Shown: piece after piece, positions 11,760 through 24,903 of the stretch
How positions within the stretch are numbered: position 1 is the first letter of the stretch
How the letters are laid out: every line of letters begins with the position of its first letter
DNA from: Podarcis cretensis
Lineage: Eukaryota
Length of the DNA stretch: 64,000 bases
Direction: 5' to 3'
Assembly (NCBI GenBank): GCA_951804945.1
Contig: OX638164.1
Coordinates: 23,002,001-23,066,000 of the forward strand
Notes under the pieces: generated by a model
The model's database searches: none
What the model was told of the DNA's origin: nothing
What the model saw: the letters and a program-made list of their open reading frames with translations, nothing else
Position numbers and translations under genes: made by a program

Positions 11760-13671
11760 CTGCAGGATGGGTACAAAATACAAAACATTGTTTGTTTTCT
11801 TTTATTAGAAATATATATAAATAGAGAGGAGGGGACATAGGGAGAGGCAGTGGGGGGGGGGAGAGGAGTGTCCAAAAAGTATTTATTTACTATTTTATAA
11901 CAAACCTTCTGCTAACCTGACCATTATTATTTAATAATAATGGCTTGTATTCAATGCAGTGCTAAGGAACGATCCTGCCAGCACAAAGATCTCTGCTTGT
12001 GCAACAGGATTTCCCCTCCCCCTCCCACTGCACCCACCCACCCCCTTCTCAGATCCGCTCTGAAGAGTTGGGGGAACCCCAAATAGGTTTAGGGGGCACA
12101 CAGTGGGGGGTGGGGAGCGAGAAAAGTCCCATTGCACAAGGGGAAATTCTGCTACTCATGGGAAGCTTACAAAGGGCTACATTTGATACAACCCAACATT
12201 ATGAGTCACAGAGCCCCTCAAATTTATTAAGCACTGCACTGAGGGGGGGGGGGAATGCTGCAATCTGGAATTCAGTCAGAAAGTTCAGTTTTGGACCCCA
12301 CTATCCTAAAGGCAGGAATGACCTTGGGGTAGTGAAGATGCTTTGTTCTCCAAACCATAACCTGGAGGTGTTCTACTTCATAACCGAGTTGGTACCATCC
12401 AGCCAGAAAGACTGTAATGTGCAGCATATACGCTCAAGCATAGCAGTACATAGGAAGATGTCCATTTACATCTTGTGTATAAAAGGGGTGACATTGAAGT
12501 GTGAAGGAAGATGTAACAGTGTATTTCTGAATAACTTTAAAAACTTTGGGTGTGAGGTCCACTGGGAGCTAGGAAAAAGTCTCCTTCAGCTTTATCCAGC
12601 CCAAAGGCATCAGTTGACCACCCCTGTCTGAAAGGAGCGTTCAGACAGCAGCTACACACACTTCTCAAGATGAACTGAAAACCACGTGAAATGCTCTTTT
12701 AATGTCAAAATAAAAACCTAGAAAGGATAACCCCAGTATTAATGACGGAAGCCTACAAGGAACAGTGTTAAGTGGATTCTGAGCTAATATTTCATGTATT
12801 GTTAGCAGGTTTTGGTGCTTTACAAATGAAATATTTCTCCAAACAACCCTGATATTATTTGAACACCCACCTCCCTCTCCAACTGGCTGTCTGACAATAC
12901 TACAACCAGCACCACCAGCGTTCTTATTCCAGTGCCATTTTTCCTTTTCAAACTTCTTCCTGGTAAATTCCCAGCCAACAGAGGGTCAAATGTAGTGGTG
13001 TCATGGCATTATGTAGCCAATCAGAGCTGGATACATGACAACTTCTCCGAGGCTGAGCGCAACAGCTTGGGAAGCACTATCCTAACTTTGCAGTCCCTGA
13101 AAAATTGCCAAAAGGGCGGTGGTGGTGGTTGATTTTTGCTGCCAAAAATGTTTGTGAAAATATCCCATTTTTTCAGTCTAGCTCTAGTTTTAAATGGGGT
13201 TGGAGGAGAAATTGCACATCTCCAAATTTTGCAAAACATTTCTTCAACCAAGTAAGATGCACACAATGCATATGACTGAGTAAAGTGTGCATAAAATAGC
13301 ACGTATTAGTGAAAATATCATGTAAAAATGCATTATATTAAGCTAAACTTTTCTGTGAACTGCCCTGAGACCTCCGGGTATAGGGCAGTATATAAATTCA
13401 AAGAAGAAGAAGAAAAAGAAGAAGAAGAAGAAGCTTTGCAAAGAAGTTTGCACTGGGAGAAATCCACTCTAAAATGCTGATGAATTTTTGTGACTTAATA
13501 CAAATAAATAAATCACAAAAAGAAGTGGAAATGTGGAGAGCTGATCTTTAAGACTGGAAAAGTGAGAAATTGAGAGAAACCAAAATTGACGTATTTGCTG
13601 GTCCCTAATTTTAAATGAATCAAGGGCCCTTAATTGAATTTTCTCCCCATAATGTAAGAATTGACTCTCAC

Positions 13672-14084
13672 CATAATTTTCCCAAAGCTGCCTTTGGGGA
13701 TGATTATCTTGTGTGAATAAACCTCAACAGAGATGTCCTTTAGCCAGGAAACAGAAGAGCCACCTCGATTCTCATTCTTGGCTTCCACGCTAAAGAAAGG
13801 GAGGATGGATCCTGGCCAACACTGCCTGGCTAGGAGGTAGGAGCAAGAACCCTGGAAATGGAAGAGGAAGCCATCGAAAGTGTGGTAGTGAGGGTCCCCG
13901 AAGACCACACAAGTGCTGCTTTCCACTGGCACACACTGGTAGAACTTATCCTTTGGCTCACAGAGTTCATAGGGGCCGCAAGACACCTCCTGGCAAAATA
14001 TCTCATTGTTGAAATCCAGGCAACGACATTTGATGGAGCAGTTTGCGCTTTCCCAGAATATCTCTCCTTGACGGAGAAACTGGC
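13672..14084 (-). CDS. TECTA: Alpha-tectorin exon 7: vWC plus start of vWD1, containing GDPH
   Basis: [28 protein letters not shown]...[13 protein letters not shown]...PKGSFGKIM. Acceptor ttttag, donor ATG|GTGAGA. 413 nt, phase 1 to 0. Confidence 0.97.
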
Positions 14085-15157
14085 CTAAAAGAATAAGAAC
14101 ATGAACAAGAAAAAGAATCAGCCCATTTTGTAGCAAAGATCTGGATGCAACAATGTTTTACTCCGAGTAAATCAATTTTAAACACACACACACTTCAAAT
14201 GATAGCAATCCTGAATTGCAAAAGCTGCTTGAATTTAGTAGGTGTCACTTCTACGTTCACAGCACGAGAAGACGAAAACTCAACATGTTCAAATTGCAGT
14301 GCATTGACCACAATTAAGCTCCGACAAAGTCTTCTGGCACCAACAAATTACTACATCCGTGCAGCATGAATTACATCTCAAATACGCCACCGCTGCCGTA
14401 ACTGAATTCTAGTAACAATTGGGTGAGTTATGTTTGCAACTCAAGGGGCATTAATTTGCAATTGCTTAGTTAGGCTCATTTTCCTCCAGTATGAATTAGC
14501 AGTAATTAAACATCAAGCAGCATAATTTCGAAGCAACAATACTTCATGATAGACACAGCATTACAGAAAATAAACCACTGTGTGTGTGTTTATCTATAAT
14601 ACAAAATTTTGTATCAGGGGTGGGGGATTTTTTCAGCCTGAGGGCTACATTTCCTTCCAGGCAAACTTCTGGGGGAGATATGCTAGTGGTGGGTGGAGCA
14701 ACGAAGTTGAATTTTGCCTTTGCACAGTAGCCCAGTTTCCACACATACTCACACACATCTCTGTTTGCCATCCAAACAAGTAAGAAATATTATCAGAGTT
14801 CAAAGACATGTTGCTGCCCTGGGTTCCTCTGGGAGGAAGGCTGGGATGTAAACCGAATGAAATCAAATCAATTGAAATAAATAATTCTAGACAGGCCAAA
14901 GAGGAGGCACAACTGGTGAGGGGTGTGGTCTGGGGATTCTGGATTCTGCTGTCTGCAGGTTACTCGATTCGGGTTGGAAAACCATCTCTTTGATTAGGTT
15001 ATCCAAGCCTTTTCCTCCTGGCACATGTCCCAGATGAATGAAGAAGAGAGTGGCAATTGTAATTTTGGCAAAGGCCACCCCTCTGCTGAATGTCACTGAG
15101 CAGGCGTGGATACACTCTCTTCCCACACCTGTTTTCACATGGAATGAATGAAACCAG

Positions 15158-15895
15158 TGTGGTGATCACACAGGGTCCCCGGACGTTTGACGGTCTATTG
15201 ATCCCTGTGCCACCACTGTGGTTGCTTCCCCGCTGCCACCAACCCATTTCTCTCAGGTACACACAGAGTCCAGACAGTTGTTAACATTAAACCAAATAAA
15301 CAAGTTTATTTTATAAGCATTATCAAGTTTATGGTGTAAGATAATTTTTCTTGTCAGTTTCTTAATCTTAGCTTCTTTACCGCCCTATACCTTCCTAATA
15401 ACTTCTAACTGATTATCCCAACTGTTAAGTTGTGGGTGAGCATATCAGACGACACAGCGATTCTTCAAACAGCTCTTGTTTATTCAGAAGCCATAACAGA
15501 ACTGAACTGAGGAGCTCAGTCAGCCTGCTTATATAGAGCTCCAGTACAACGTTACTGTAGCAACTTTCTAAAACTATCCAATCACTGAATGTCACTTTCG
15601 ATCCTTCATTTGCATAACTATCTACAGTATCCCCCTGCTGGCCCAGGGTGAGAACTTCAGTACATAACACCAACTGTCCATCTGACTCCTCTTAACGGAT
15701 TCTCTTACACTCTCACATCAAACTATCCCAACCCACAGACTTATCTTCCCTCTCTCTTCTCTAACACCCGACTGATTCCCCAACAACTCCAACTCTAACG
15801 CCAACCTCCTCCCCTTGTGTTCCTACTTCACACTCATTTAACCCTTTCCTTATGACCCACCATGATATCACACACCCAAGAGGGCAAACGCCACA
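15158..15895 (-). mobile_element. Solo LTR (~486 bp net) containing a second solo LTR
   Basis: TGTGGTG...CGCCACA termini, perfect 5-bp TSD accag (15153-15157 / 15896-15900). Strand tentative. Confidence 0.75.
15423..15669 (-). mobile_element. Solo LTR, 247 bp, nested
   Basis: TGTTA...TAACA termini, perfect 5-bp TSD ccaac. On the minus strand: octamer, CCAAT-type box, TATATAA, then AATAAA. Confidence 0.8.
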
Positions 15896-18243
15896 ACCAG
15901 CTTTTCAGGAGCAAAGAAATATGCCATAGTTGTAGGTTGTGTATGGTCTGCAATAGCTAAAACCAGTACTCAGTCTCCATTAAGTCTAGAATAAAGTGTG
16001 TCTGCAGCTGAAGTTTCCTTCTCATTTCCACCATATTGAGCTTGGGTCATTGCCTGGGCACCATCCAGACTCTGGTATACGGCTCTCTAGCTTTGCTTTA
16101 GATATCTCTGCCTCTCAACCTGACTGTTCCTCCTTTATCTCCCTCCATCCATGCTTCCATGCCTGCCAGTATCCCCATCTGTTGGCTTGACTTCATCCTC
16201 ATCCCAACCCACTCCTGCCCCTGAGCTTTGGACAGGCTTCGCAGCTCAGCTTCTGGCTTGCAGTCGCCTCTGCCTCCAGGCTGACTCTCCTGTCTGTGGG
16301 TCAGCCCTGGGGCTCCCCAATCCAACATGGCCAGATGGACAGACGCATGTTCTGATCCCAGCAGTGTGCAGACAGGTGGCAGAGAAAGAATATTCTCAGA
16401 CCTGTGGCAGAGAAAGGATATATGCTCTTTTAAATTCCTAAACTGCTAATGCTATAATCTCCCTGCACTCAAGTCCCTGTGGGGTGGCAGAGAGAGTTTT
16501 GGTCCTGTTTATACTGATGCTCACACACACATTATGCAGGGAGGCCTGTTAACGCATCTGAGATCCATAATTCAGGAGCCGGGGAAATGTTTGATCAGCC
16601 ATAGCATCTTTTCAAGGCGATGGCATTTCCAACGGAGTGTGCAGGAAGGGCTCGCTTGTTATCAGCTAGCATGTTGTGTTTGTAAAGATAAGGTTAATAG
16701 GATCCCTATCAATGCTGGTATTTTAAAAATCTAGCACAAGAGGACCATAACTTAATAGAAAAGTAGTAATGAAGCAGTGGCAGCCTTGTGGTGTGGCTCT
16801 TGTTGTTTTGATTCATCTGTTAGTTGCAAATTACGTGAGCACAATCTGCACATTTTCTCTGTTAGCTGCAAATTGTGAGAAAGCCTCAGTGTTTCAGGAC
16901 ATGCTGGGGCAGATAAAGAATGGATGGGGAACAGTGGTGATTGGTGTCCGTTGGGACTGGTAGGGTGCAAGGCCAGGAGGCCACCTGTAGGTGGAGCCAG
17001 AGGCAATATCAGGAAGAGCCAACTGATTCTAGTTTTGTCCCCATCCTCCTCCTCTTTCCTGCTGGGTTCTACAAGGGCAACACTGAGATTAAGGAGAAGG
17101 AAGATGACAGCCAGGGATTGTCCCAGGAGGGTGGGAGCTGGCTGAGACCAAGCGGAGATTGCCCAAATCGACCAGCCTCCACTGATGAGGAAACTGTGGC
17201 CCTTTTGTTTTTCTTAGGCAGCATGCCCAAAGGTCATGAGATGTTGGGGACTGGTAGCCCCAACATCTGGACAGCCATGTGTTGTTTTTTTAAAAAAACA
17301 AATATTATAGAATGCTTCAAAGCACAGAGCCAACCTACATGGTAAAAGCAAAAGAAAACACAGAAACACAAGCTCATAAAACCCATCCAGTGAACTCTTA
17401 AACAATAAAACCATCCATATGAACTAATATAAAAACTGATGCTCTGTGGATGCCTCTGTTGATGTTCATGGCTCATCTGTGGCCCTCTGTCTGTTGTTAG
17501 ACTGCAGCTCCCATTGGCTCCAGCCAGCTTGTCCAACGCTCAAGGATGCTCAGACAGTAGAAGAAGAGACTCTTATTCTCAGGGTCGTGGGTTCAAGCAA
17601 TATGTTGGGCAAAAAAGATGGCAGGGGGTTGGACTAGATGACCCTTGTGGTCCCTTCCAATGCTACAGTTCTATGATTCTATGATGTGAGCCCAGCCATA
17701 TCTGGAAGGCCACAGGATCCCCACTGCTGCTATAAATGGAAGTGCCGTGGGATTCATTGCTGCTTTCACTTCAACAGACTGACCTGGCTTGCGTTTCCCA
17801 TTAATTGCTACTACCAGAGATAAGAAAGGAAGTGAGAGAACAATGCAACCTACTAGCATTAAATGAGATCATTTTTTTTAAATGTAGGAGGCTCTTAGCG
17901 GTCTCCACTGCATTTGTCCTTTATTATCAGACAGGTTAAGATAATGACTGTAAGGTACTCTGCGCTAATTAACATCAACATTATCAGCGAGAATGAACAA
18001 ATATTAACAAATTATGACAATTCACTACCATGCTCTCATAGCTTATTGCTCCCCCCACCATCCTCTCAAACTACAGTTCCTATAATTCCTTCAGGAGGGT
18101 CACCACAGGGATGCAAGAAATTCCTCCAAGCAATTTCACAGAACCTTTCAGCTCCCCTTGTAATTCCGTGTGTGTTCTGCCTGAGTAGGAATTTACTTTA
18201 AGTTTCTCAGTTTAGGATGAAATGTGATGACAACCCCAGTTAT

Positions 18244-18593
18244 GTAAAGGTAAAGGGACCCCTGACCATTAGGTCCAGTCGTGACTGACTCTGGGGTTGC
18301 AGCACTCATCTCACTTTACTGGCTGACGGAGCTGGCGTACAGCTTCCGGGTCGTGTAGCCAGCATGACTAAGCCGTTTCTGGCGAACCAGAGCAGCGCAT
18401 GGAAACGCTGTTGACCTTCCCACTGAAGCGGTACCTATTTATCTACTTGCACTTTGACATGCTTTCGAACTGCTAGGTTGGCAGGAGCAGGGACCGAGAA
18501 CGGGAGCTCACCCCGTTGCGGCGATTCGAACCGCTGACCTTCTGATCGGCAAGTCCTAGGCTCTGTGGTTTAACCCACAGCGCCACCCACGTC
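18244..18593 (-). mobile_element. Sauria SINE
   Basis: Reverse complement of the 10173 copy. 13-bp TSD acaaccccagtta (18230-18242 / 18595-18607). Confidence 0.93.
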
Positions 18594-18825
18594 AACAACC
18601 CCAGTTAAACAGGCTTAAAAGCAGAGATGTAGCACAGATGTGGCCTGCCCTCTTAGACCGTTGTAAGTAATGAATAAGGTTCATTGTTCATGCACAGGTG
18701 TCAAGGCAGGGACGTCCCTCCCGCCCAGGCCTAATCTTACCTTAGAGTTATCCAGGTGATCTTCGGCAAACTGCTATTCTCTCAGGGCCCAGTCTGCAGT
18801 ATGGAGACTATATTGGCCTGGTTTA

Positions 18826-18903
18826 CATGGTTGTTGTAAGACAGCCTTCCTCATGGTTGTTGTAAGACAGCCTTCCTCATGGTTGTTGTAAGACAGCCTT
18901 CCT
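18826..18903. repeat. Perfect 26-bp x3 tandem repeat
   Basis: Unit catggttgttgtaagacagccttcct. Confidence 0.95.
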
Positions 18904-19500
18904 CAGCAAGGTGCTCTCCAGATGTTTTGGACTACAACTGCCATCAGCCCCAGCCAGCAGAGCCAATAGTCAGGAAACATGGGAGTTGTAGTCTAAACCT
19001 TCTGAAGGGCACCAGATTTGGTGGGAGGGTGTTTTAAGGTTTGTGGGACTGGTGCCATCACTTTCTGTTTTTGAGCACCAGGAAGAAACATTGATACTCA
19101 TCAACTCCATTGGATCTTAAATTTCTCTTAGCAGGGTGAAGTGTCATTGGATCTATCTATCATCTATCTATCTATAGATTTGTGCCTTTGGGGTTGTTTT
19201 ACCCTAGGTTTTTAATGTGTTCTGTGTCCTTTTTTTTGTATATGTTGCTTTGATTTTCATTCTTTGACCAAAAAAGAAAGAAAGAATAAATAAATATAAT
19301 AAATAAACAAATATTTAATATGCATTATGAGTTTTGAACGCATATGTCAAACATTGCCAGGTTGCAGAGGCTGCCTGCCAGAGCAGGTATTCATTGCTGC
19401 AAAACACTGCCCAAAACACTGACGGTCAGTGTAGTCAACATTTTGCTGCCTGGATCAAAAGTTGGAAACAACATAAAGTGGGATTAAAAAAAATAAATTA

Positions 19501-19674
<174 letters not shown>

Positions 19675-19839
19675 CTACAATACATAGGGGAGAGGGGGGG
19701 AGAGGAATGAGTAAAAGGCTGCACCCATGGTTAGCCCACCCATGAGGCAAGGGGAGGTGGTTGCCTCAGGCAGCAGATCCAGCCTCTACTGCAGCTGCAT
19801 TTTATGCTATTTTGTTCCTTTTAGATCACAGCACATCCC

Positions 19840-20499
19840 TGTTTTCCAGGGTAACTAAGCTTTGCTCATAAAACTCACCAGGGTTAATATCAGCAGTGTT
19901 ACAACTATGTTTTCTGTGCCTGGCGCTCTATTGTATGATGCAGTTATTAGTAATTTTATTGTTGTGGTTTTCTGGGGGGGGGGTTGTACTTATTTTGGAC
20001 ATCTGCACAAAGTTTCCTTCTGAATATTGGTCACTGGCCGTCATCAAGTGATGGATGAACTGATTGATGGAACTCCCTGTTAGGATATAGTTCCGTTCCA
20101 CCTTACAAGGGACAGGCATGACTATTGTGTGTCACATGCCTGTTTACATTTCCAGCACAGTCTGCTGGGAACTTCCGTTTGTATATAGCTTTTGTGTTAC
20201 TGCTGTTTTGCTGGAGACGAAGGGAAGCAGACATGTTTTCCTTTGTTCCTGAACTGTGCTGAATAAAATGCTGTTACATTATGGTTACACATTTCCCTGT
20301 CTGCCTCTTCTGCTGTGAGAAGATTTACACACTCTGCTGACAGAGCGTGCATGGGTCTCTAAACATATCTGAGGCTCGTGTCGCTGACCAATGCTGTTCC
20401 AAGGGAGACCGGTGATCGTGATCGTCTGGCTGCTGGCCGGTGGCTGGAGCCAGCTGGGGGCCTGCCTGATGCCCCCGTCTCCCCAGCAGTATCCCAACA
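19840..20499 (+). mobile_element. Possible solo LTR (~660 bp)
   Basis: TGTT...AACA ends, flanks atccc/ctccc (4/5), TATATA ~20182 followed by AATAAA ~20262. Boundaries uncertain. Confidence 0.4.
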
Positions 20500-21783
20500 C
20501 TCCCATCAGTAGTGATGACAAGTCCTGATCCAAAACACCCAGAAAGCAATGCAGCAGGGAAGGCAGGTGCAACCTTTTGTGAAGCAGGGTACACTTTGTC
20601 AGCTGTGCAGTTATCTTCAGTTGGCAAGCGTATGCATAAACATGTGTGATACACACACACTTGGGGGAAATTGCAAAATGCAGTGGAAAATGGCGAGTGC
20701 AATAAAAGTAGAGACTCTTGCAATTCAAGGAGAGCTTAAGTGGGGAAATAAACACAGCGACTATTCATGAAAGTGGTGCCCCACGATATGCCTCCGATGA
20801 AGTGGGCTTCATCTTCTAGTGTCTATCATACAGCTTATGGTGGAACAAATTCGTTAATCTTTCAGAGCTACAAGACTGCTGTTTTTGCTGCAACAATCCT
20901 CTGGAATAAGAACATAAGACGAACCCACTGGATCAGGCCAGCAATGTTCCATCTAGTCCAGCATCCTGTTCTCACAGCAGCCAATCAGATGCCTGTGGGA
21001 AACTCTCGAGCAGGAACCAAATGTAGGAACCTCTCTTCTGTGGCTTCCAACAACTGGTATTCAGAAGCATTTTTGTCTCTGTGCTGAAGCAAACACTGAA
21101 CTTACAGGGAAAGGCCATAGCTCAATGGAACAGCAGCTGTTTTTGTGCAAAAGGTCTTAGGTTCAATCTCCATCATCTGCAGGTAGGGCTGGGAATATCC
21201 CTTGCTTGAAACACTGGAGACCTGCTTCCATCCAGCATGGACAATATTGATCTAAATGGACCAGTGGTCTGGCTCAGTCTGTTTCTTTGAACCACACTCT
21301 GAACTGTGAGTAGTGACTCTGCCATTCTATTCCTATTGTGATTCCTATTGCTACTAGCCACAAGACCACCAGGTTTGATGAGCCATAGAGGAATGGATGG
21401 ACGGATGTACAGATGGATGGATTCAGCTCTTCCTCCAACTCCTTTACTTCTCCCCAACTCCACAGTGCCGTATCTCTCACTAAGATCTTTGCCTCAGGGC
21501 AAGGCACAGGCCCACTTTTCAAGATGGGCCCTGCCGCCTGTTTCCTCAGGCTGAACATAATCTCTGGGCCTTGAAGGGGAGGAGGACAGGAACATGTCCC
21601 TTCTCAACTCGGATGCTACAGGTGGAGAAATAGGCAAAATAACCCCTTTCCGGAACTTGGGACCTTTTTTTGGAGGGGGTGTTAGATACTGTTCTTTACA
21701 CCCACAGAGCTGCCTGCTTTTTCCTCATGGATGCTAGGCACCAAAATGATCACTGGTGAAGACAGCCTAAGGAGAGAAACTCA

Positions 21784-21954
<171 letters not shown>

Positions 21955-22714
21955 TTAGACAGTGAGATAAATGCTTCCCTTTGGCTAAGCTTTTCCTTTG
22001 AGTTTGAATAATTTTTCCAAACAATTAAAAAAAATATAAACAAATAAGTGCAACTTTTTAATTAATGAAATTAGGGCACAACATCTTAAGCACACCAAAT
22101 TTCAATATTTTTTTTTTCTAGTCCCTAAAAGCCCAACAGCACCTTTAGTTGGCTGAAAACATTTAGTACTGAAAACATTTAAATTGGGATATAATCTTGA
22201 CATTTTGTAAGCAAGACAGAGCAGAGCAAAGAATTAGTCTGTTCCACACACTGCAATGCACACACTGAATTTTCGTTCCGCTGTTGATTCAACCTCAACA
22301 GATGTTGCTCCCACAAAAATATCTTAATTTACCCGTTTTGTACTTTGTATGTCCTATAGATGGCAGTGTTAGAATAAGCACAGAAAAACATGACTAAAAC
22401 TTTGTTCTGGAACTTCTGGTATCAGCCTTCCCACCATCACATTTTTATCCATACAAGCGTTATCTTATTCGGTTACCTTCCCTATTCAGATAGTATAATA
22501 ATGCAAACCCTGGCTTTTGTAGAACAGTAAACAGGATTTTGCACCAAAACCTAGGCAACAGAATATGTTGGCCATTGATTTGTTTGTTTATTTAAGTTTA
22601 GAAGACCTTCCTACTTGGGAGAGAAAAGAAAAGGGCCTGGAAATTAATCTAATAGTGAATAGATTTCAAAGCCACAACCAGGAGAGGCTGGTCTGGCCTG
22701 AATGTGCCCTTCTG

Positions 22715-22768
<54 letters not shown>
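22715..22768. repeat. (ATA)n microsatellite
   Basis: About 18 perfect units. Confidence 0.95.
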
Positions 22769-24059
22769 GAATAGGACGTCCCTATTTTCATTGGAGAGTG
22801 TGCAATTTAAGTTTGAGAAGTTTCAACAATTAAAACAAATGCTATATTAGATAGGCATGGTAATGCTTCAACTGCAATAAGCCCATTGATAGTCTATGTG
22901 GTTTGCCCCAGTAGTATGCTAAAAAAACACAAGACTGGGCTGTCCATAATGTGCGAGTTAAAAGGTGGCGGCAGTAAGCATAGCAGTCTGGATCTGTCCC
23001 CCTGGGACTTGTCTCACTGGGATGCAGAGTGGTCAGGCTAACAAATCAATGCCTGTTAAAGCTGCTTTAAAGTCTCCTCATGCAATTGGAAATTCAAAAT
23101 ACGAAATCACAGAATATTAAAATAGTCCAGCAGATGATACATCAAACGACAGCCACTCAGAGCCGCATGCTCAACCAGAGTTAAAATAGCTCCGCTTCGG
23201 AGAATTAAATGCATGAGATTCCAATTTACATCGGGTCGGGATACTGCCCAGTGCCTGGAAGAGGCCCAATTTCAAAGCAATTTTGGCAGTGTGTAACTTC
23301 TCCTTTTATGGCCCCTCCATGACATGTGTTTTATAGAACCTCCTATTTCAACCACCATAAAAGTGGGCCCAGCGGACCAGCTCTCTCCTCCCTCCGGCCG
23401 GCATCCTTAATTCCCCTGACTTTAATGGAATGATTAAACCAAGAACCAATTTGGCCCAATAAATCTAAAACCCACAATAGTGAAGCAAATGCTCCTCTTA
23501 ACTTATGAAGCCATTTCCCTATGCTTGTATTTTTGGGTGGAAAGGTGGAGAATGAGTTGGGTGTCTGGCTTTTACAGCCTATCAGTTGTTGTTGTTGTTG
23601 TTGATGATGATGTTTTTCAGCCCAATCAATACATACACTGATGTTTGTCCAACCACTTTCCAGTATGATAAGGTAAGCACTAAAAAAGAGAGACTTTTCC
23701 TTCCCCACCCCCTTTATTTGTCAAAAAAGAAAGAGACAACATCTTGCAATGTCCTTCAGAAGATGTGTTGGGACAAAGGTGAGATCTGGACTAGGGATGA
23801 CATGTTTGCAGCTGACATCCTTAACTAGAGGTGTTCCCACTAAGCAAAGTCCCCCTCCACCAATTTCACAGTCACATTGACACTATACATTTAAAGCACA
23901 TGGTGCTTCAAAGAATCCTTGGAACTATAGACTACCTCTCGCAGAACTGCATTTCCCAGTGCCCTTAACCAACTACATTTGGTTTTGGAGATGGAAGGTG
24001 CTTTCAATGCATGGTGTAAGATGTGGTGACCAGCAGGGCTGATTCCCCAATAACTATGC

Positions 24060-24101
<42 letters not shown>

Positions 24102-24113
24102 GTAATAGTAATA
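24060..24113. repeat. (AAT)n microsatellite
   Basis: About 13 perfect units, then degenerate. Confidence 0.95.
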
Positions 24114-24667
24114 CCTTTATTGTCAATGTACAACCTGCATACAATGAAATTGCAGGCTTAGTTGCAATGAACTTCAACTGGATCATATTCAGATCTCATT
24201 TATTGATATATCCCACCTTTTCCACTCAGCAGACCCACAACATTTCCTTCCGTTCCCCAGGCTGGAACACCACAGGGAAAACTCAGCTGCGCTCTGCTTC
24301 CAGTTTATCAGCTCCAGACCTTGTGCTTGGAGCTGTCAAGCACTGCCAGGGCTCAAACTGGGAAGCTTTGCGTCTCTGTGCAGCTGGGGTGAGTCACTGA
24401 ATATCAAGGGTACAACATTGTGCAGTGAGGTACCCTCAGATCCTGGGGCTGACTCCAGCCAGCCAACTGGACAATGAATCTTCCTCATTTTCAGCAGCCT
24501 GGGCTCCAGCTGGGAGGGGCCGTTTGGCTCTGCCAGGCAGTAGAACTAAAGGAAGAAACCAACCCAAGCCCTAGCACCACATCCAGGTCTAAATCATAGC
24601 TTGAGAAGAAAAGAAGAAGAAGAGAAGGAGAAGGAGTAGTAGTAGTAGTAGTAGCAGTAGTAGTAGT

Positions 24668-24903
24668 TTGGATTTGATATCCCGCTTTATCACTACCCAA
24701 AGGAGTCTCAAAGCTGCTAACATTCTCCTTTCCCTTCCTCCCCCACAACAAACACTCTGTGAGGTGAGTGGGGCTGAGAGACTTCAGAGAAGTGTGACTA
24801 GCCCAAGGTCACCCAGCAGCTGCATGTGGAGGAGCGGGGAATCAAACCTGGTTCACCAGATTACGAGTCTACCACTCTTAACCACTACACCACATTGGCT
24901 CTC
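24668..24903 (-). mobile_element. tRNA-derived squamate SINE (Squam3-like); older relatives at ~5965-6200, 5240-5310, 53180-53380
   Basis: Minus-strand head GAGAGCCAATGTGGTGTAGTGGTTAAGAG...GGTTTGATTCCCC (pol III A/B boxes). Microsatellite tail at 24603-24667. Confidence 0.75.

Noticed and set aside
11999-12631. 210-aa plus-strand ORF
   Set aside because: GTG start, no recognisable domain, runs through repeat-like and G-run sequence; likely chance.
17545-17680. tRNA-Lys-like sequence (also ~44418)
   Set aside because: Degenerate, no complete cloverleaf, followed by a CR1-like ttctatga tail; a SINE head rather than a tRNA gene.
18826-18903. CRISPR-like array
   Set aside because: No spacers and eukaryotic context; a simple tandem repeat.
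22565-24400. Poly-Ile, poly-Leu and poly-Asn ORFs
   Set aside because: Translations of (AAT)n microsatellites.
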